A stretch of 64,000 nt of DNA from Octopus vulgaris (Eukaryota). Within the stretch, counting starts at the first letter, position 1; each line of letters starts with the position of its first letter. Below the pieces are notes generated by a model. The model searched no databases, was not told where the DNA came from, and worked only from the letters and a program-made list of their open reading frames with translations. The position numbers and the translations under genes are program-made. Positions 14,831 to 28,704 of the stretch are shown piece by piece. Where the stretch lies: NCBI GenBank assembly GCA_951406725.2, contig OX597828.1:20522001-20586000 (forward strand), written 5' to 3'.

Positions 14831-15004
14831 CGAAGAAGAAGATGTTGATGATGATGATGGGAATGATAACGTGTATGATGATGGAGAAAATACTACTTCT
14901 TCATCTACTACCACTACTACTACCAATACTACTACTACTACTACTACAACTACTACTACTACTACTGCAATAATTACTACAGCTACAACTGCCACTACTA
15001 CTAC
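14174..15004. repeat. compound (GAA)/(GAT)/(GAC)/(CTA) microsatellite with internal block duplication
   Basis: Direct observation. Confidence 0.9.
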
Positions 15005-15299
15005 TAAAACTGCTAAATCTGCTTCTAAAACAATATTTACTTATGCTACTTCAAATGATTTACGATTACACAAGATTCAAAATGAAAAATCTTTTGAAAT
15101 CGAAAACAGTTTAAATACCATTTTAGTATTTTGGCAACTCAAATACAGAATTCCAAACTATGCGACATTTAAACATTGACTTTACCAACTGCTACTACCA
15201 TTACTGCGAAGAAGGCGACAAGAACAACAGCTGCAGCACCACCTGCAGCCACATCAAAAAGGCTTTCTTGCAAGAGAATTTAAGTGAGGAAAAAATAAC

Positions 15300-15370
<71 letters not shown>

Positions 15371-15789
15371 GCTGCGGGATATGTAAAACGTTCTTTCGAA
15401 CACACTTCTTAAGTTATGATTTAAACTGTGCTTTTCACTTTGTCTGTACAAATTTATGTGGTTAATTTTTCTTATAAACCGACAATAAGAACACAAAGAA
15501 CCTATTAATAGGTTTTCGGTGGCTGTTTCTGCCCCGTAACGGGCAGTATTTTTTTCAATCATCTAATTATCCATTTCATTAAAAAAAAAAACATAAAGAC
15601 ACAAGATGACGTTGTTGTCATCACTATTATCATCGACTTCAGCAACAACCCTGATGACCCTCGTAACTCAAAACATCGAAATTAAAACAGTGGGAGTGAT
15701 TTTCGAATCGAGCAAATTTCAGGTACTAGATTTGCAGGTGCAAATGTCGCTCGATTCATTCGTAAAAATTCGATAGAGGTGGAAAAGTG

Positions 15790-15895
15790 AGTCAGATTTT
15801 CCACATACTTTCCACAGAGCCTGCATTTCTGTGTATCAAAAGTTTTATACATGTTATACTTCACTGACTTGGTAGCGAGATTATTATTATTGTTA

Positions 15896-15969
<74 letters not shown>

Positions 15970-16180
15970 TAGTTTTATTTTTATAGCGTGCTTTCACTTC
16001 ACTACCGAGCGCAGCTCTGTGTGCCTTGGGTATGTGCTGTGATTTGTTGTGATGCTCTGATGGTTATTGTATGGAAAGTGTTCTGCGTAGGATGTGTGCA
16101 GTGCCTAGTAGTGCAATTTTCTGTATGTTATATGTGTTTGTAAGTCCTGGTGTTTTTGTTATGTATTTGTCTGAATATTT
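15790..16180 (-). mobile_element. R4/Dong-like fragments (zinc knuckle; 3' end) separated by (TAA)n
   Basis: KCRLCGKYVENLTH; QKIALLGTAHILRRTLSI C-terminus. Confidence 0.7.
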
Positions 16181-16188
16181 TATTATTA

Positions 16189-16267
<79 letters not shown>

Positions 16268-16268
<1 letters not shown>

Positions 16269-16820
16269 GCCTTTGCTCAGCTTCTAATGCTGGAGATGTA
16301 CTATGGTGTCAGCTGTTCACTACCAGTGAACTAAGGTAACACCTCACATTTTTCGAGCACCTTCCGGAGTATTCGAGCGGTTCCAAGCAGTGCTATTTTC
16401 TGCAATTGCTCTCCCTTATTGCAGCCCCTATTTGTTCCACGTACTTCTCGAGATTTTTCTTCTGGTAGAGTAACCCATCACGCTCAAAAGCTACCTGAAT
16501 AAGGGTTGTTTAAGGATGTTGAACGAAGCACCCATATTTCCAGAGGTGAATTATTCAAACCCCAAAGAATTCCTCTCAGCACATGGCTATGGTGCTCCCC
16601 TACTACTTCTGCTCGTAATCAGAGATGCACATATCGTCAGCCTCTAAGGGACATGGTCAACTGGTTACGGCCAAACAACTGACTAGCAAATCTGTGGTAT
16701 TGAGCAGAATATTTGCTGTAGCCCATCTTTTATACCAAGACAAAACAATGTACATGATAACACTTCCAATCAGTTAAGATCAGAAGCCACGAGAGCCACT
16801 GTCTGGTACTGCATCAGGCC

Positions 16821-16822
<2 letters not shown>
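16268..16822 (-). mobile_element. short internally deleted or chimeric Dong-like element (5' module plus RLE C-terminus and 3' UTR)
   Basis: 5' module shared with 10968-11522 is joined near 16455 to KNLEKYVEQIG..QKIALLGTARILRKVLEK; TAA tracts on both sides. Confidence 0.75.
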
Positions 16823-16878
<56 letters not shown>

Positions 16879-16899
16879 TGATCATTATTATTATTATAT

Positions 16900-17830
16900 T
16901 TTTATTTTTATTTGATTAAAACTCACAGCTTATTTTGCTGGGTATGATGCAAAGTATCAGCTCTTCGCGGACAGCAGACTAAGATGGCACTTGTTTACTG
17001 GTCATGCTTCAAGAACCCTGCGAAGAATTCTTGCAGCTCCAAGCAATGGCGATTTTTGTCGGTGTTCTATTTTCACATGTGCACCAATCTTTTTCAACCA
17101 TGTTGGTAGTTGAGTGCTGATACTTCCAAGTGCACCAGTTACAATTGGTATCACGTCTACTGTCTTCATTGGCCACAACCTTCGTATTTCCCACTTCAAA
17201 TCGTCATGGTTTTTTCTTCTTTCACACTGATTCTGTTGTCACCGTGGCATGTTATGTCGATTATCATACAAGTTCTTTCTTTTTTATTCACCTCAACACT
17301 GTCCGGCTTCTGATGTCTGGTGGGGTGATCGCACTGGATCATTGCCTCCCACAGGATTTTGCAATTCTAATTTTCGGTGACTTCTTCTGGAGTTTCCTCA
17401 TACTACGTCTGTGCTCTTTGTAAGCCGCAATTTCCACAGAGCTCCCACTGGATTATTCTTGCCGCATTGTCTTTTGCATTTGCTGACATTCGCTAACAAT
17501 GTGCCATACCGTTTCACCCCTCTCACCACACATTTTACATTTGTGACTATCGGTAGTGTTGTCTATTCTGCATTTCATATAGTTGGTCCTTAATGCTTCT
17601 TCTTGAGCTGCGCATATGAATGCTTCTGTCTCTCTCTTCAAGTCACTCCTCCTCATCCATAGTCACCAGCCTTCTATATCTGCCTTGGTGTTCACATCTC
17701 TTGCAAACTGACCGTACAGTTTCTTTTCTTTCCATGTTTTTTTTCTTTTTTTGATAATTTCTTGTTTAAATTTTTATTTAGTTACACAATTTTCAGTGTT
17801 GATGATGCCGACCTTCTGCGTGTTTCAACG
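16900..17830 (-). mobile_element. R4/Dong-like element 3' part (CCHC knuckle and RLE)
   Basis: LKRETEAFICAAQEEALRTNYMK..KCKMCGERGETVWHIVSEC; VIPIVTGALG..LLGAARILRRVLE. Confidence 0.9.
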
Positions 17831-17836
17831 GTAGAG

Positions 17837-17893
<57 letters not shown>

Positions 17894-18102
17894 TACTTTT
17901 AATCTGCATGCTTGTTACAATCACTTGCCGAGACACACTCAACGACCTAGGGCGAGTGAAGGTTAAGAGATGTTACAGTATGACTGAAAGCTTGGTCAGG
18001 GGAAGTGGCAGGGGCAGTAGAGAAATATCTTCAATACAACACAAACATTTAAATTTATTATTATTATCATCATCATCATCATTATCATCATCATCATCAT
18101 CA

Positions 18103-18176
<74 letters not shown>

Positions 18177-18225
18177 ATTATAATTATTATTATTATTATT
18201 GTTATTGTTATTATTATTATTATTA

Positions 18226-18257
<32 letters not shown>

Positions 18258-18880
18258 TAAGACGTCACACATATCCGATATCGTAATGTTGTTAGTTGGA
18301 GATCAACCGGGAGTCTGTACTGTTTATCAAGTCACAGGATATCAGACAGACTTTACGCAATATGCGTGCAGTTCCAAGTAATGCCTGTTTTCGCAATACA
18401 CCTAGATTGTAGGGTGTTTCTAAAGTTTCCAGATGTTTCTTCCGCTTGGGTAGCATGGAACCCATTGCTCCGATGACAACAAGAACAAACTTTATGTTTC
18501 ACTCTCGTTGCTGCCACATCTTGGCAATCTTGATTCTCAGATCTCCATATTTATCAATCTTTTCTCTTTCTTTCGTGATAATATGTTGATCACCTGGCAC
18601 TCTTGTTTGTCCCTACTAAAGGTTACTGCATCCGGCCTTCAGGTACTCTAACACCTTGTCGCTCAGGAAGAGAAATCACAGAGGATTTTTACCGCCCCTT
18701 TTACGTTCATTACCTTTTCCGGTGTATGTTGGTATCCGTTACCTCGTATTCATATTTCCGGCATAGTAGCCAGTGGAGGTTTTGGGCTACCTTGTCTGGT
18801 CTACGCTTGTACTCTTTCTGCGAAAGCCTTTCACATGCACGAACAATGTGAGGCACGCTTTCGACCCACTTCCCACATTC
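18258..18880 (-). mobile_element. R4/Dong-like element 3' part
   Basis: CGKWVESVPHIVRACERLSQKEYKRRPDKVAQNLHWLLCRKYE; KIDKYGDLRIKIAKMW; VVIGAMG. Confidence 0.8.
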
Positions 18881-18985
18881 TTCTTCTTCTTCTTCTTCTT
18901 CTTCTTCTTCTTCTTCTTCTTCTTCTTCTTCTTCTTCTTCTTCTTCTTCTTCTTCTTCCTCTTCATCATCATCATCATCATCATG

Positions 18986-19074
<89 letters not shown>

Positions 19075-20032
19075 TATCTATTTATTTATTTATTTTCGTC
19101 TGCCTATACGTTCTGAGTTCAAATTCCGCGGGGTCGATAAATTAAGCACTAGCTGCGTACTGGGGTCGGTTTAATCGAATGGCCCCCACCTCCCCACAAA
19201 AAATTTCGAGCTTGTGCCTTGAGTAGAAAAGATCATTTATATATTCATTTATGTCAAATTCAAACTTCTTTGCAAGAAATACTAAAAAGCACTGAATATT
19301 TTATTCCAATATGACATCTTAAAGCTCAACAATACTCTTAATGTTTTTTCTGCACATTGTCTTTGCATCTTTTTTTTTTTTTTGTTTCTTTTCATTATTT
19401 TATCCATTTGTTTAGTAAGTGAACTTCTGCAAACGCACACAGGATGAGAGTGTGTACATATATATACATACACATACTTATGTATAGGTGAGTATGTATA
19501 TATATATATATATACATACATACATGAATATATGCATACATATATATACATATATATTATACATATATACGTATACATATATTTATGTGTATATGTGTGC
19601 ATATGTACGTAAATGTATATCTATACATATAGACACACACATGTATATATACGCGCACATATACATATGTATATATGTATATTTATATACACGTACACAA
19701 ATATAAAATGTAACAATTTATAACAATTTTATAAAAAGTATGAATATGTTGGTGCATACATGTATTTATATGCATATATATATTTATGTATATATTTATA
19801 CATACATATATATATATAGAGAGAAAGATAGAGATAGAGATAGTTATATATACATATATATATATATACATATATATATATATGTATATATATATTTTGT
19901 GTCTATTCACTCGCACACTTATTCAAATATACATACATGTTTTTGCGCTGCTCTTTACATTTTCACACGATGAACGCATAAGTGTAGGTGTGAGTGTGTG
20001 TATGTGTGTATGTGTGTGAGAGAGAGTGTGTG

Positions 20033-20072
<40 letters not shown>

Positions 20073-20284
20073 CATTCACTCTGAAATACACCCACACGTA
20101 TACACTCGATCATCATTCATCGTCCGCAATAAAGTTATAAATTTTTATGATACAAAATTTTTCCCAGCGTCAGCTGTTTTATCTCTTGCACACATCCAAT
20201 GTGTACGCATGCATGAAACACCAATGCATCCGCATATTCACACAGCATACATACATACATATCTGTAAATATACATACATATAC

Positions 20285-20347
<63 letters not shown>

Positions 20348-20365
20348 GTGACCCAAAAAGGCCAG

Positions 20366-20420
<55 letters not shown>

Positions 20421-20517
20421 TTATATATATACATATATATATATACATGCATACATATAAATTTATATACATACATATATATGCAAATATATATATATAC
20501 ATAGATATACATATATA

Positions 20518-20553
<36 letters not shown>

Positions 20554-20999
20554 TAAGATTATGTATGCATGTAGGTAGGTATATATGTATATATGTATAT
20601 AGGTAGGTATATATGTATATATGGGTGGATGAGTGTATGTGTGAATACAGCAGGGTGTTGTGGGTGGAACAACATACATATATTCTTAAGCGTTTGTTTG
20701 TTAGTTGCTACGAGAGCCTGTATTCCATAAAAGATGTATTTGATGGGAGAGCAAATTGAAATAATCATAAAAGTTCACAATTCGATCCAGTTGTCTCTTT
20801 TTCTGATCCTCAATCTCACTCTGTAAACATGACAACACATAGATTAACGATCTTAATCTGATATTGGCGGATTACGTAGATTATTGCTAACAATATTGTG
20901 TTTTATTCTGAATATTAGAACATATGTTTAGTAGTTTGCGATGTTTACAGTTTTGCTCATGTCAGCGCTCAAACATCAAACATGTGGATGTTTATAGAC

Positions 21000-21650
21000 A
21001 TATATGTGTGTGTGTGTGTGTGTATGAGAATGTTTGTGTGAGGATGTGTGTGTGTGAGTGTGTGTGAGAGAGTATGTGAGGATGTGTGTATGAGTATGCG
21101 TGTGTGCGTGAGGATGTGTCTGTGCCTGTGCCTGTGCATCTGTGTACCTGTACATGAGTGTGTGTGGGTGCGTTTGTATGAGTCTGTGTGAGTGTGTATG
21201 AGGATGTTTTTGTGAAGATGTGTGTGCGAGTGTTTCTGAGGCTATGTGTGTGTGAGTGTGTGTGGGGATGTGTGTGTACGTCTGTGCATGTGTATGTGAG
21301 TGTTTGAGTGCGTGTGAGAATGTGTCTGTGAGTGTGTGTATGTATGCGTCCGTGTGTGTGTCTGAGGATGTGTGAGTGTGTGTGTGAGGCTTGCGTGCGT
21401 GTGTGTGTGTGAGTGCGTGTGAGTCGTTGTGTGTCTGTGTATGTGTATGCTTGTCGGTGTATGTATGTGTATACGTGTGAGGGTGTATGCGCGTGAGTGT
21501 GTATACGCGTGAGCGTGTGTGTGTATGTGCGTATGCATGTGTGTATGTGCGAGTGTGTATGTGCGTGAGCGTGTATGCGTCTGTGTATGTGTTTGTGTTT
21601 GTTTGTATATGTGTGTATGCGTGTGTGTGATATGTGTGTGTGTATGCATG
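21000..21650. repeat. degenerate (GT)n-derived low-complexity tract with recurrent GAGGATGTG
   Basis: Direct observation. Confidence 0.85.
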
Positions 21651-21999
21651 AGGGTGGGCTGAAAAGCTCATACGATGACTATGAATGAGTGACACCGGTG
21701 CTGTGAAACTTTGGATGCATTAATTTCCACCCTTCTTATTAAAAACAGCCTCGTTTCTTCCCAGGTAAACTGACATCTGACTATCCAGAGAATACTTCAA
21801 ATCTGACTAGTAGCGACATCTCTTTAGAATGGACGGAAGTTGACATCGTGGCGTTATGTTGTCCCCATAGAAATATTGTTTTATTTTTTTAAGGCTCAAG
21901 TATCTAGTTTTGTGCGATTACACTTTCCAAATTTGATCAAATTTCCTTAGTGTTATTGCAGAAAATTCTGGATCTTTATATCGTTTAAATAGCTTCTCA

Positions 22000-22105
<106 letters not shown>

Positions 22106-22153
22106 GAATAAATAAGGGCACATCGACGCATACAAACATCAGAGAATAAATTA

Positions 22154-22572
22154 AGGCGGCGAGCTGGCAGAATCGTTAGCACGTCGGGCGAAATGCTTAG
22201 CGGTATTCGACTACCGTTACGTTCTGAGTTCAAATTCCGCCGATGTCGACTTTGCCTTTCATCCTTTTGTGGTCGATTAAATAAGTACCAGTTACGCACT
22301 GGGGTCGATGTAATCAACTCAATCCGTTTGTCTGTCCTTATTTGTCCTCTCTGTGTTTAGCCCCTTGTGGGTAGTAAAGAAATAGGTATTTCGACTACTG
22401 TTACGTTCTGAGTTCAAATTCCACCGAGGTCGACTTTGCCTTTCATCCTTTTGGGGTTGATAAATTAAGTACCAGTTTCGCACTGGGGTCGATGTAATCG
22501 ACTGAATCTGTTTGTCTGTCCTTGTTTGTCCCCTCTATGTTTAGCCCCTTGTGGGCAATAAAGAAATAAGAA
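22154..22572 (+). mobile_element. SINE family B (Meta-like central domain): one head plus two tandem body units
   Basis: GGCGGCGAGCTGGCAGAATCGTTAGC head, B box GAGTTCAAATTCC, domain GACTTTGCCTTTCATCCTTT.GGGGTCGAT.AA.TAAGTACCAG; body repeated after AAAGAAATAGGTATTTCG. Confidence 0.88.
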
Positions 22573-23277
22573 TACATAGTCAACGGTGGTATAATATTTG
22601 CTTGAAGCGTTGAACTGGCAGAGTCGTTAGGCTAGAAAGCTTCGCTATATTTGTTCCGGCTGTATGGGTTCTGACTTCAAATCCGATCCACATCAACTTC
22701 GATTTTTATCTCTTCAGGTTCGATGTTCGATTAAAAAAAAATACCGATCGAAACTAGCAGAACTTTTAGAACGTCGGAACCTGATGCCCTGCAGTATTTG
22801 CTCTGTTTCTTTACGTTCTTACATTAAATCCAGTCGAAGCTTACTTTGAATGTATAATTTTGTATAATTTTCCCGCCGGCCGATTTAAAACCCCCACTTG
22901 GCACTTTGGATGCTTTTAGCGGAGTATACGCAGTAGGAAGCATCCAGGCCAGAATACAGTTACAGGAGTCATTAAAAGGAAATGACTACTGTAACTGTAT
23001 GCTTACCAAAAACACTGAAGTGCTTTATGAAAAAAACCAACTGCTTCCCTTGACATATTGCTTCATCGCTGATCACTGTTTATCATAGATGGCGCCCTAT
23101 TAACAGCAAAAATTTCTCTCTACATAAGTTGACAATCGTTTGATCATGAAACCGGTACTTATTTAATTTGTAATGATGTAATGACGCAATAAGATCCTAA
23201 TATCACCATAAACTTTATGATACAAACATTCTGTGACTTTTATATTTCATTTCTTTCTTATAAATATATATACATAT

Positions 23278-23348
<71 letters not shown>

Positions 23349-23922
23349 TGTATGTTTGTATGTATGTATGCATGTATGTATGTATGTCCACACATATATA
23401 TACATATGTATGTACGTATGTATATACACAGACCTACCTCAGCTTACGTCGGTAATTGGTTCCAAAACATGCAACTTAAGTCGGAAAACGAAGAAAAATC
23501 AATTAAAAATTTTACGTGTCAATCTGTTTTTATTAAATGGTTTATACATATTTTTACGTATATTTCACTTCAGTATTGGTTTAATGGTTGTTGTTGTTTT
23601 AATTATAGCTATACATTTAAATATATTTGCTGAGACTGAAGAAAAGTTTGACAAATCAATCGACTAAATTTGTGGCTTATTTTGTCTATTAATTGCTTAA
23701 ATAAAAAAACATAAAGTCGAAAAAGATGTTACATCAAGTAGTATATATATATATGTTATTATATGATTGAACGCAACACGTTATTTTCTTCTTCTTCCAA
23801 GTAAGTTTTTATTTAAATAATTATGACGCGCACTCTTAACTCTTTACTTGACCTTTCCTCCCTGCCTGTCTGTCTTCCTCTCTACCTGGCTCTCTCCTTC
23901 TTATTTTTCACCATTTCTGGTT

Positions 23923-23962
<40 letters not shown>

Positions 23963-24949
23963 ACTCCTCCTCCTCTCTCTCGTCTCTGACCGGACGACTA
24001 CTATCTTTCTGCCCACAACTTTCAACAAGTCAACATCGGCTTTCTTCTGTCTTCCGCAAGCCGATCTTCAGAATGCGTTCTAATGAATTTTTCCACCGTC
24101 TAGGCTTCAAAAAAGCCCTTATTGTTGATTTCCTTGTCCTGTTATTCTTTATTTGTACTGTTTTTTCTTCATTTGTATTGCTTTTACGTCCTGTTCTTGT
24201 CACTTGTTTTACCCCTCTGCAAAATAATTTTATTTAATTCATTTTGCAGGAAGGACTGCTTCGGCCGGATCGTGTTCTGCCCTTACCTTCGAAACACGCA
24301 TTGAGTCGGAGAGAGAGAGAGAGAGAGAAATGATTTGGAAGTTGCCGTTCCCAGAAAGTATCTAACGTTTGTGAGACACTTCTGTGGGTTTACAAACGCA
24401 CACATATAAAACTGACATGTATATCTACATAAATACATACATATACACATTAGTAACACACATGTAGACACATATACAAATATACAAATAACATATATGT
24501 AGATATATACATATATATCTTCGTACATATATTCACTTCAAGATTTATATGTACACCATCACGTATATATGCAAATAAATATATGAAAAACAGTCTGGTG
24601 CATTGAATATAAAAATAAGAAAATTGTACAATAAATTAACATAACATAAATAAGTGTAATATAAATATATAATTTGTTTTAAATATACGTTGAAAATTTA
24701 GAATTTAAATATGAAAATGAGTAAAACAATGAGTAAAAATTCGACCTCGGCAAACTTTAAATTTAAATTTACAAAACAGTCGAAGTCTTTCTTGAAAGTC
24801 GAATGTGAAATATGAAGGCGAAATATGTAGCAGCATTGTAATACTAGAAGCTGTCTATATTTTAAGTGTAAAAGCCAAATTCAAATGCGAAAGTCAAATA
24901 GATTTTTCGAACATGAAAAAATTACCCATACGGTATTTTTGCAGCGGAC

Positions 24950-25880
24950 ATTTTAAACAACGTAGCGTGTCTGCAGGAATTTTAAAGCTCTCGTCTTTGG
25001 TTCAATGCATGTTTATCCTGGAACAAGATGAACATTTTTTTTCAGAGAAACACAGATTGCATCCCATTGGTCGTCTATATGCTCTCTGTTTATATGGTAC
25101 TGCTTTCTCCAAAATTATCCAGCTGATATTGAAAGAACAGGTATCATTTTCCTTCAATTGCCAGGCATGTTCTGCAAGACTTTTTGCATTCCTAATTTCG
25201 AGCTGTTGAAAATAATTTCGGTGGGAATAAAACCTAGTCTTGAAGGAATTTTCCGAAGCTCCTGTGTATGTTTTGTATTCTTGTGAGCCATCTATAAACT
25301 ATTCTTTTCTCACAACATTTTCCTTCTAACGGACAGCAACTCTGGTCTTTACAATTGCAATTATTCTGGTTCGTGTTGAGCTGATTAATTGAAGAGGTGA
25401 AGTTTTTGCAACAAGAATGGCTAACCTTCAACGTTCTCCTATTAAAAATTCTATAGAACTTATGGCTAGTTTGAAAATGTTTAGAAACTAGTTTTAAGAA
25501 TTCCCTACATATATTTGTTTTTACGGCAATGTTAAATACCGGATTAAACCACAAATCTTGCCTTGTTTTAATTCTAAACGTTCTATTATTGCTAGTAGTA
25601 TTTTGACTTTATTGGATCTTCTTCGAGAATCCACTGTTCCTTAATGCACTATTATAATACTGCGCGGCATTTTGAAACGCTGTCTCGTCTGAAGACATGG
25701 ATGATATGCGCCTTCCTATATTACAAACTAGAATTACCGATGGATAATTTGACTCTTTGTTAATATAAAATACCCTTTCATTGGGCTTACGGTAGGGTTT
25801 AAATTCATCTAATTGCAAATCTAAGTTGATATCTAAAAACAAATCTACTTTATTAAGGTTACTTTCTATCGTTATCTGTT
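24950..25880 (-). mobile_element. Penelope-like element, 5'-truncated (RT C-terminus/thumb and GIY-YIG)
   Basis: FLDINLDL..FKPYRKPNERVFYINKESNYP..RRISSMSSDE..YYNSALRNSGF; WFNPVFN..TNICREFLKLVSKHF; CNCKDQSCCPLEGKC..IVYR; YTGASENSFKTRFYSH. Confidence 0.9.
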
Positions 25881-26222
25881 AGCCTGGGTTTGCACTTGAA
25901 TGCCATGTAATATGCTGAAATATTACAGACAATTCATATTAATATTCGAGAAAAAAATCATATCTACCATGTATTATCGAAACGCACGTAATTAATGAAA
26001 TAATATATCAAAATTTGCGCTTGCTCGGCCTTATGGAAATAACTCCCGAGTCCCTCAACCTCATTCTCTGTCTCTCTGTGTCTTTGTCTCTTCCTCTCTC
26101 TCTCCCTCTCTCTCTGTATATATAACCACACTCTTATATATACACACTTATATATATATATATATATATTTATACATATACACACACACACATATATACA
26201 CAAACATATATATATATGTATG

Positions 26223-26256
<34 letters not shown>

Positions 26257-26474
26257 TACATGTGTGTGTTTGTGTGTGTGTGTATATGTGTGTGTGTGTA
26301 TCATCGTCTACGACCTTCAAAAGACGAAAGGGGAAAGAAACAGATAACGAAGCCCAAGATACATTGTTCTTAGAAAGCAAAAACGAAAATATCAAAATAC
26401 ATTCAAAAGACAGAAAGATGAGACAAAGCAATGAAAGCGTTTGATTAGATATGATCTGGATCAAACAGAACACA

Positions 26475-26545
<71 letters not shown>

Positions 26546-26990
26546 ACACACACGAAGCAAACGAACAAGGCTGCTCGATACTATATATTTACCAGCCAAA
26601 TTCCTCTTCGAACCTGACCCTAAGATAAAACGATGCGTTGTGGTCATGCTAACTGCTACGCCTTTGATCACAGCACTCTTTTATCAGAGCTGACCAAGGG
26701 CTACTACTACTACTAATACTAATACTACTAATACTACTACTACAACTAATACTACTACTACCACAACAACAACTACCATCACAACTACTAATACTACCAT
26801 CATCATTATTACTACTAGAACCATCACCACCATCACTACCACTGCTACTACGACTACCGCTATTACTACTACTGCTACACCCCCTCCTACTAACATACTC
26901 TTATAATAACTACTAATACTACTACTATCTTTATACGGCAAATACTACTAGCACCACCATTACTACTACTACTACTACTAATACCACTAT

Positions 26991-27034
<44 letters not shown>

Positions 27035-27247
27035 TTACAATTAACACTACTAATACCACTACTAAGCAAAATCTTATTGGCTTGATGCCTACTAAAAATA
27101 AATCAATATATTCTATATATATATATATATATATATAGATATATACACACATACATATATATATATACATGTAAGTGTATACGTCTATGTATGTATATGT
27201 GCATGCATGAATGAATGTGTGCGTGTATGTATATGTTAATAGGCAGG

Positions 27248-27281
<34 letters not shown>

Positions 27282-27379
27282 TGTATGTATGTATGTATGT
27301 ATGTATGTATGTGTGAATTTATGTGTGTGTGTGTGAGTGTGCGCGCGCATACATATCTTATTACTGTGTTACAGTTGTG

Positions 27380-27713
27380 ACAACCAGACATTTAGCAATT
27401 GAACGATTGGACGCCTGCCAAAAGGAAGAAGTCGACGTCATTACCATCATCATCATCATCATCACCAATATCATCATGGTCATCATCATCATCGTCATCA
27501 TCATCATCGTCATCATCACCATCGTCATCACAATCATCACCACCATCATCATCTTCATCATCATCATCAACACCATCAACATCACCACCATTACTCTCAT
27601 CCTCATCACCATCATCATCACCACCATCCTCAACCTTCATCATCATCACCAATATCATCCTTGTCATGAAAATGATCATCATCATCGCCGTCATCACCAT
27701 CAACACCCTAACT

Positions 27714-27753
<40 letters not shown>

Positions 27754-28698
27754 CTATCATCGCCACCACCATCATCCTCATCATCATCATCAACACCATC
27801 AACCTCACCACCACCACTCTCATCATCATCATCATCATCATCAAATGCCCCTCACTCCCTCCGATACGATCTACATGTTTAAGCGGCTACAATTTCCTAT
27901 CAAACTCTCCTTTGCCATGACAATAAATAACACACAGGGTCAATTATTGCAAATGGTTGGTTTAAATCTCACAGAGCAAGTGTTCTCCTACGGTCAACTT
28001 TACATTGGATGCTCCCGTGTTGGCAGGCCAGAAAGTCTATACATTTGTGCATCAGAAGGGAAAACGAGAAACGTTGCCTACAAAGAAGCGTTCCACTGAA
28101 AATACGGCATTTCTTCACATCTTTCAAATCACCCCAGTCATCCGCCGCCTCAAAAGCTTCGTAGTCGCCGTGCCAGCCAACGTAACTCAATGACACCTTC
28201 ACTCACTCACTCTATCTCTCTTTCTCACCCTCTTTCTCTCTCACATACGCACGCTCTCACACACAGACACAGACACACACACATACATACACACACACAC
28301 ACCTACACACACACACATACATGTCTATTTCACATACCTTCTTTCAATTTCTGCTCTCTGCAAATAAAATTTTTACGGATACAACTTCTTACAAAAATAG
28401 GGATTAATGTATAATTTCTTTATATGTTCATAATTAAATAAATGTTTTAATGATTAGACAGAGGTCCAATACAATAGCTCTCGGAAACAGATAACGTACA
28501 AATTCTTTCTTCACAACTCCCGAAGCTATTTTCTGACAGGAGTGGGGAGAAGAAATTTTCATACAGCTGGACGCTCCATTCGAAACAGGGGATCCGAAAT
28601 GATAAGGTTGAGAAACGCTGTTATAGATTATGCCTAACCGAAAACGATCACACCCACATCATCCAAACAGACCCAGTGAAACTGGGCTTAATTGCTAG
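27380..28698 (+). mobile_element. Helitron 3' fragment (PIF1-like helicase C-terminus and 3' terminus)
   Basis: MPLTPSD..FKRLQFPIKLSFAMTINNTQGQ..VGLNL..VFSYGQLYIGCSRVG..TRNVAYKEA. Hairpin CCCAGT-GAA-ACTGGG (28672-28686), then CTAG (28695-28698) and T. Confidence 0.9.
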
Positions 28699-28704
28699 TG
28701 GAAG

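Noticed and set aside
27848-28099. Host PIF1 helicase exon
   Set aside because: Degenerate motifs (NNTQGQ, SYGQLY) and a downstream hairpin plus CTAG indicate a Helitron.
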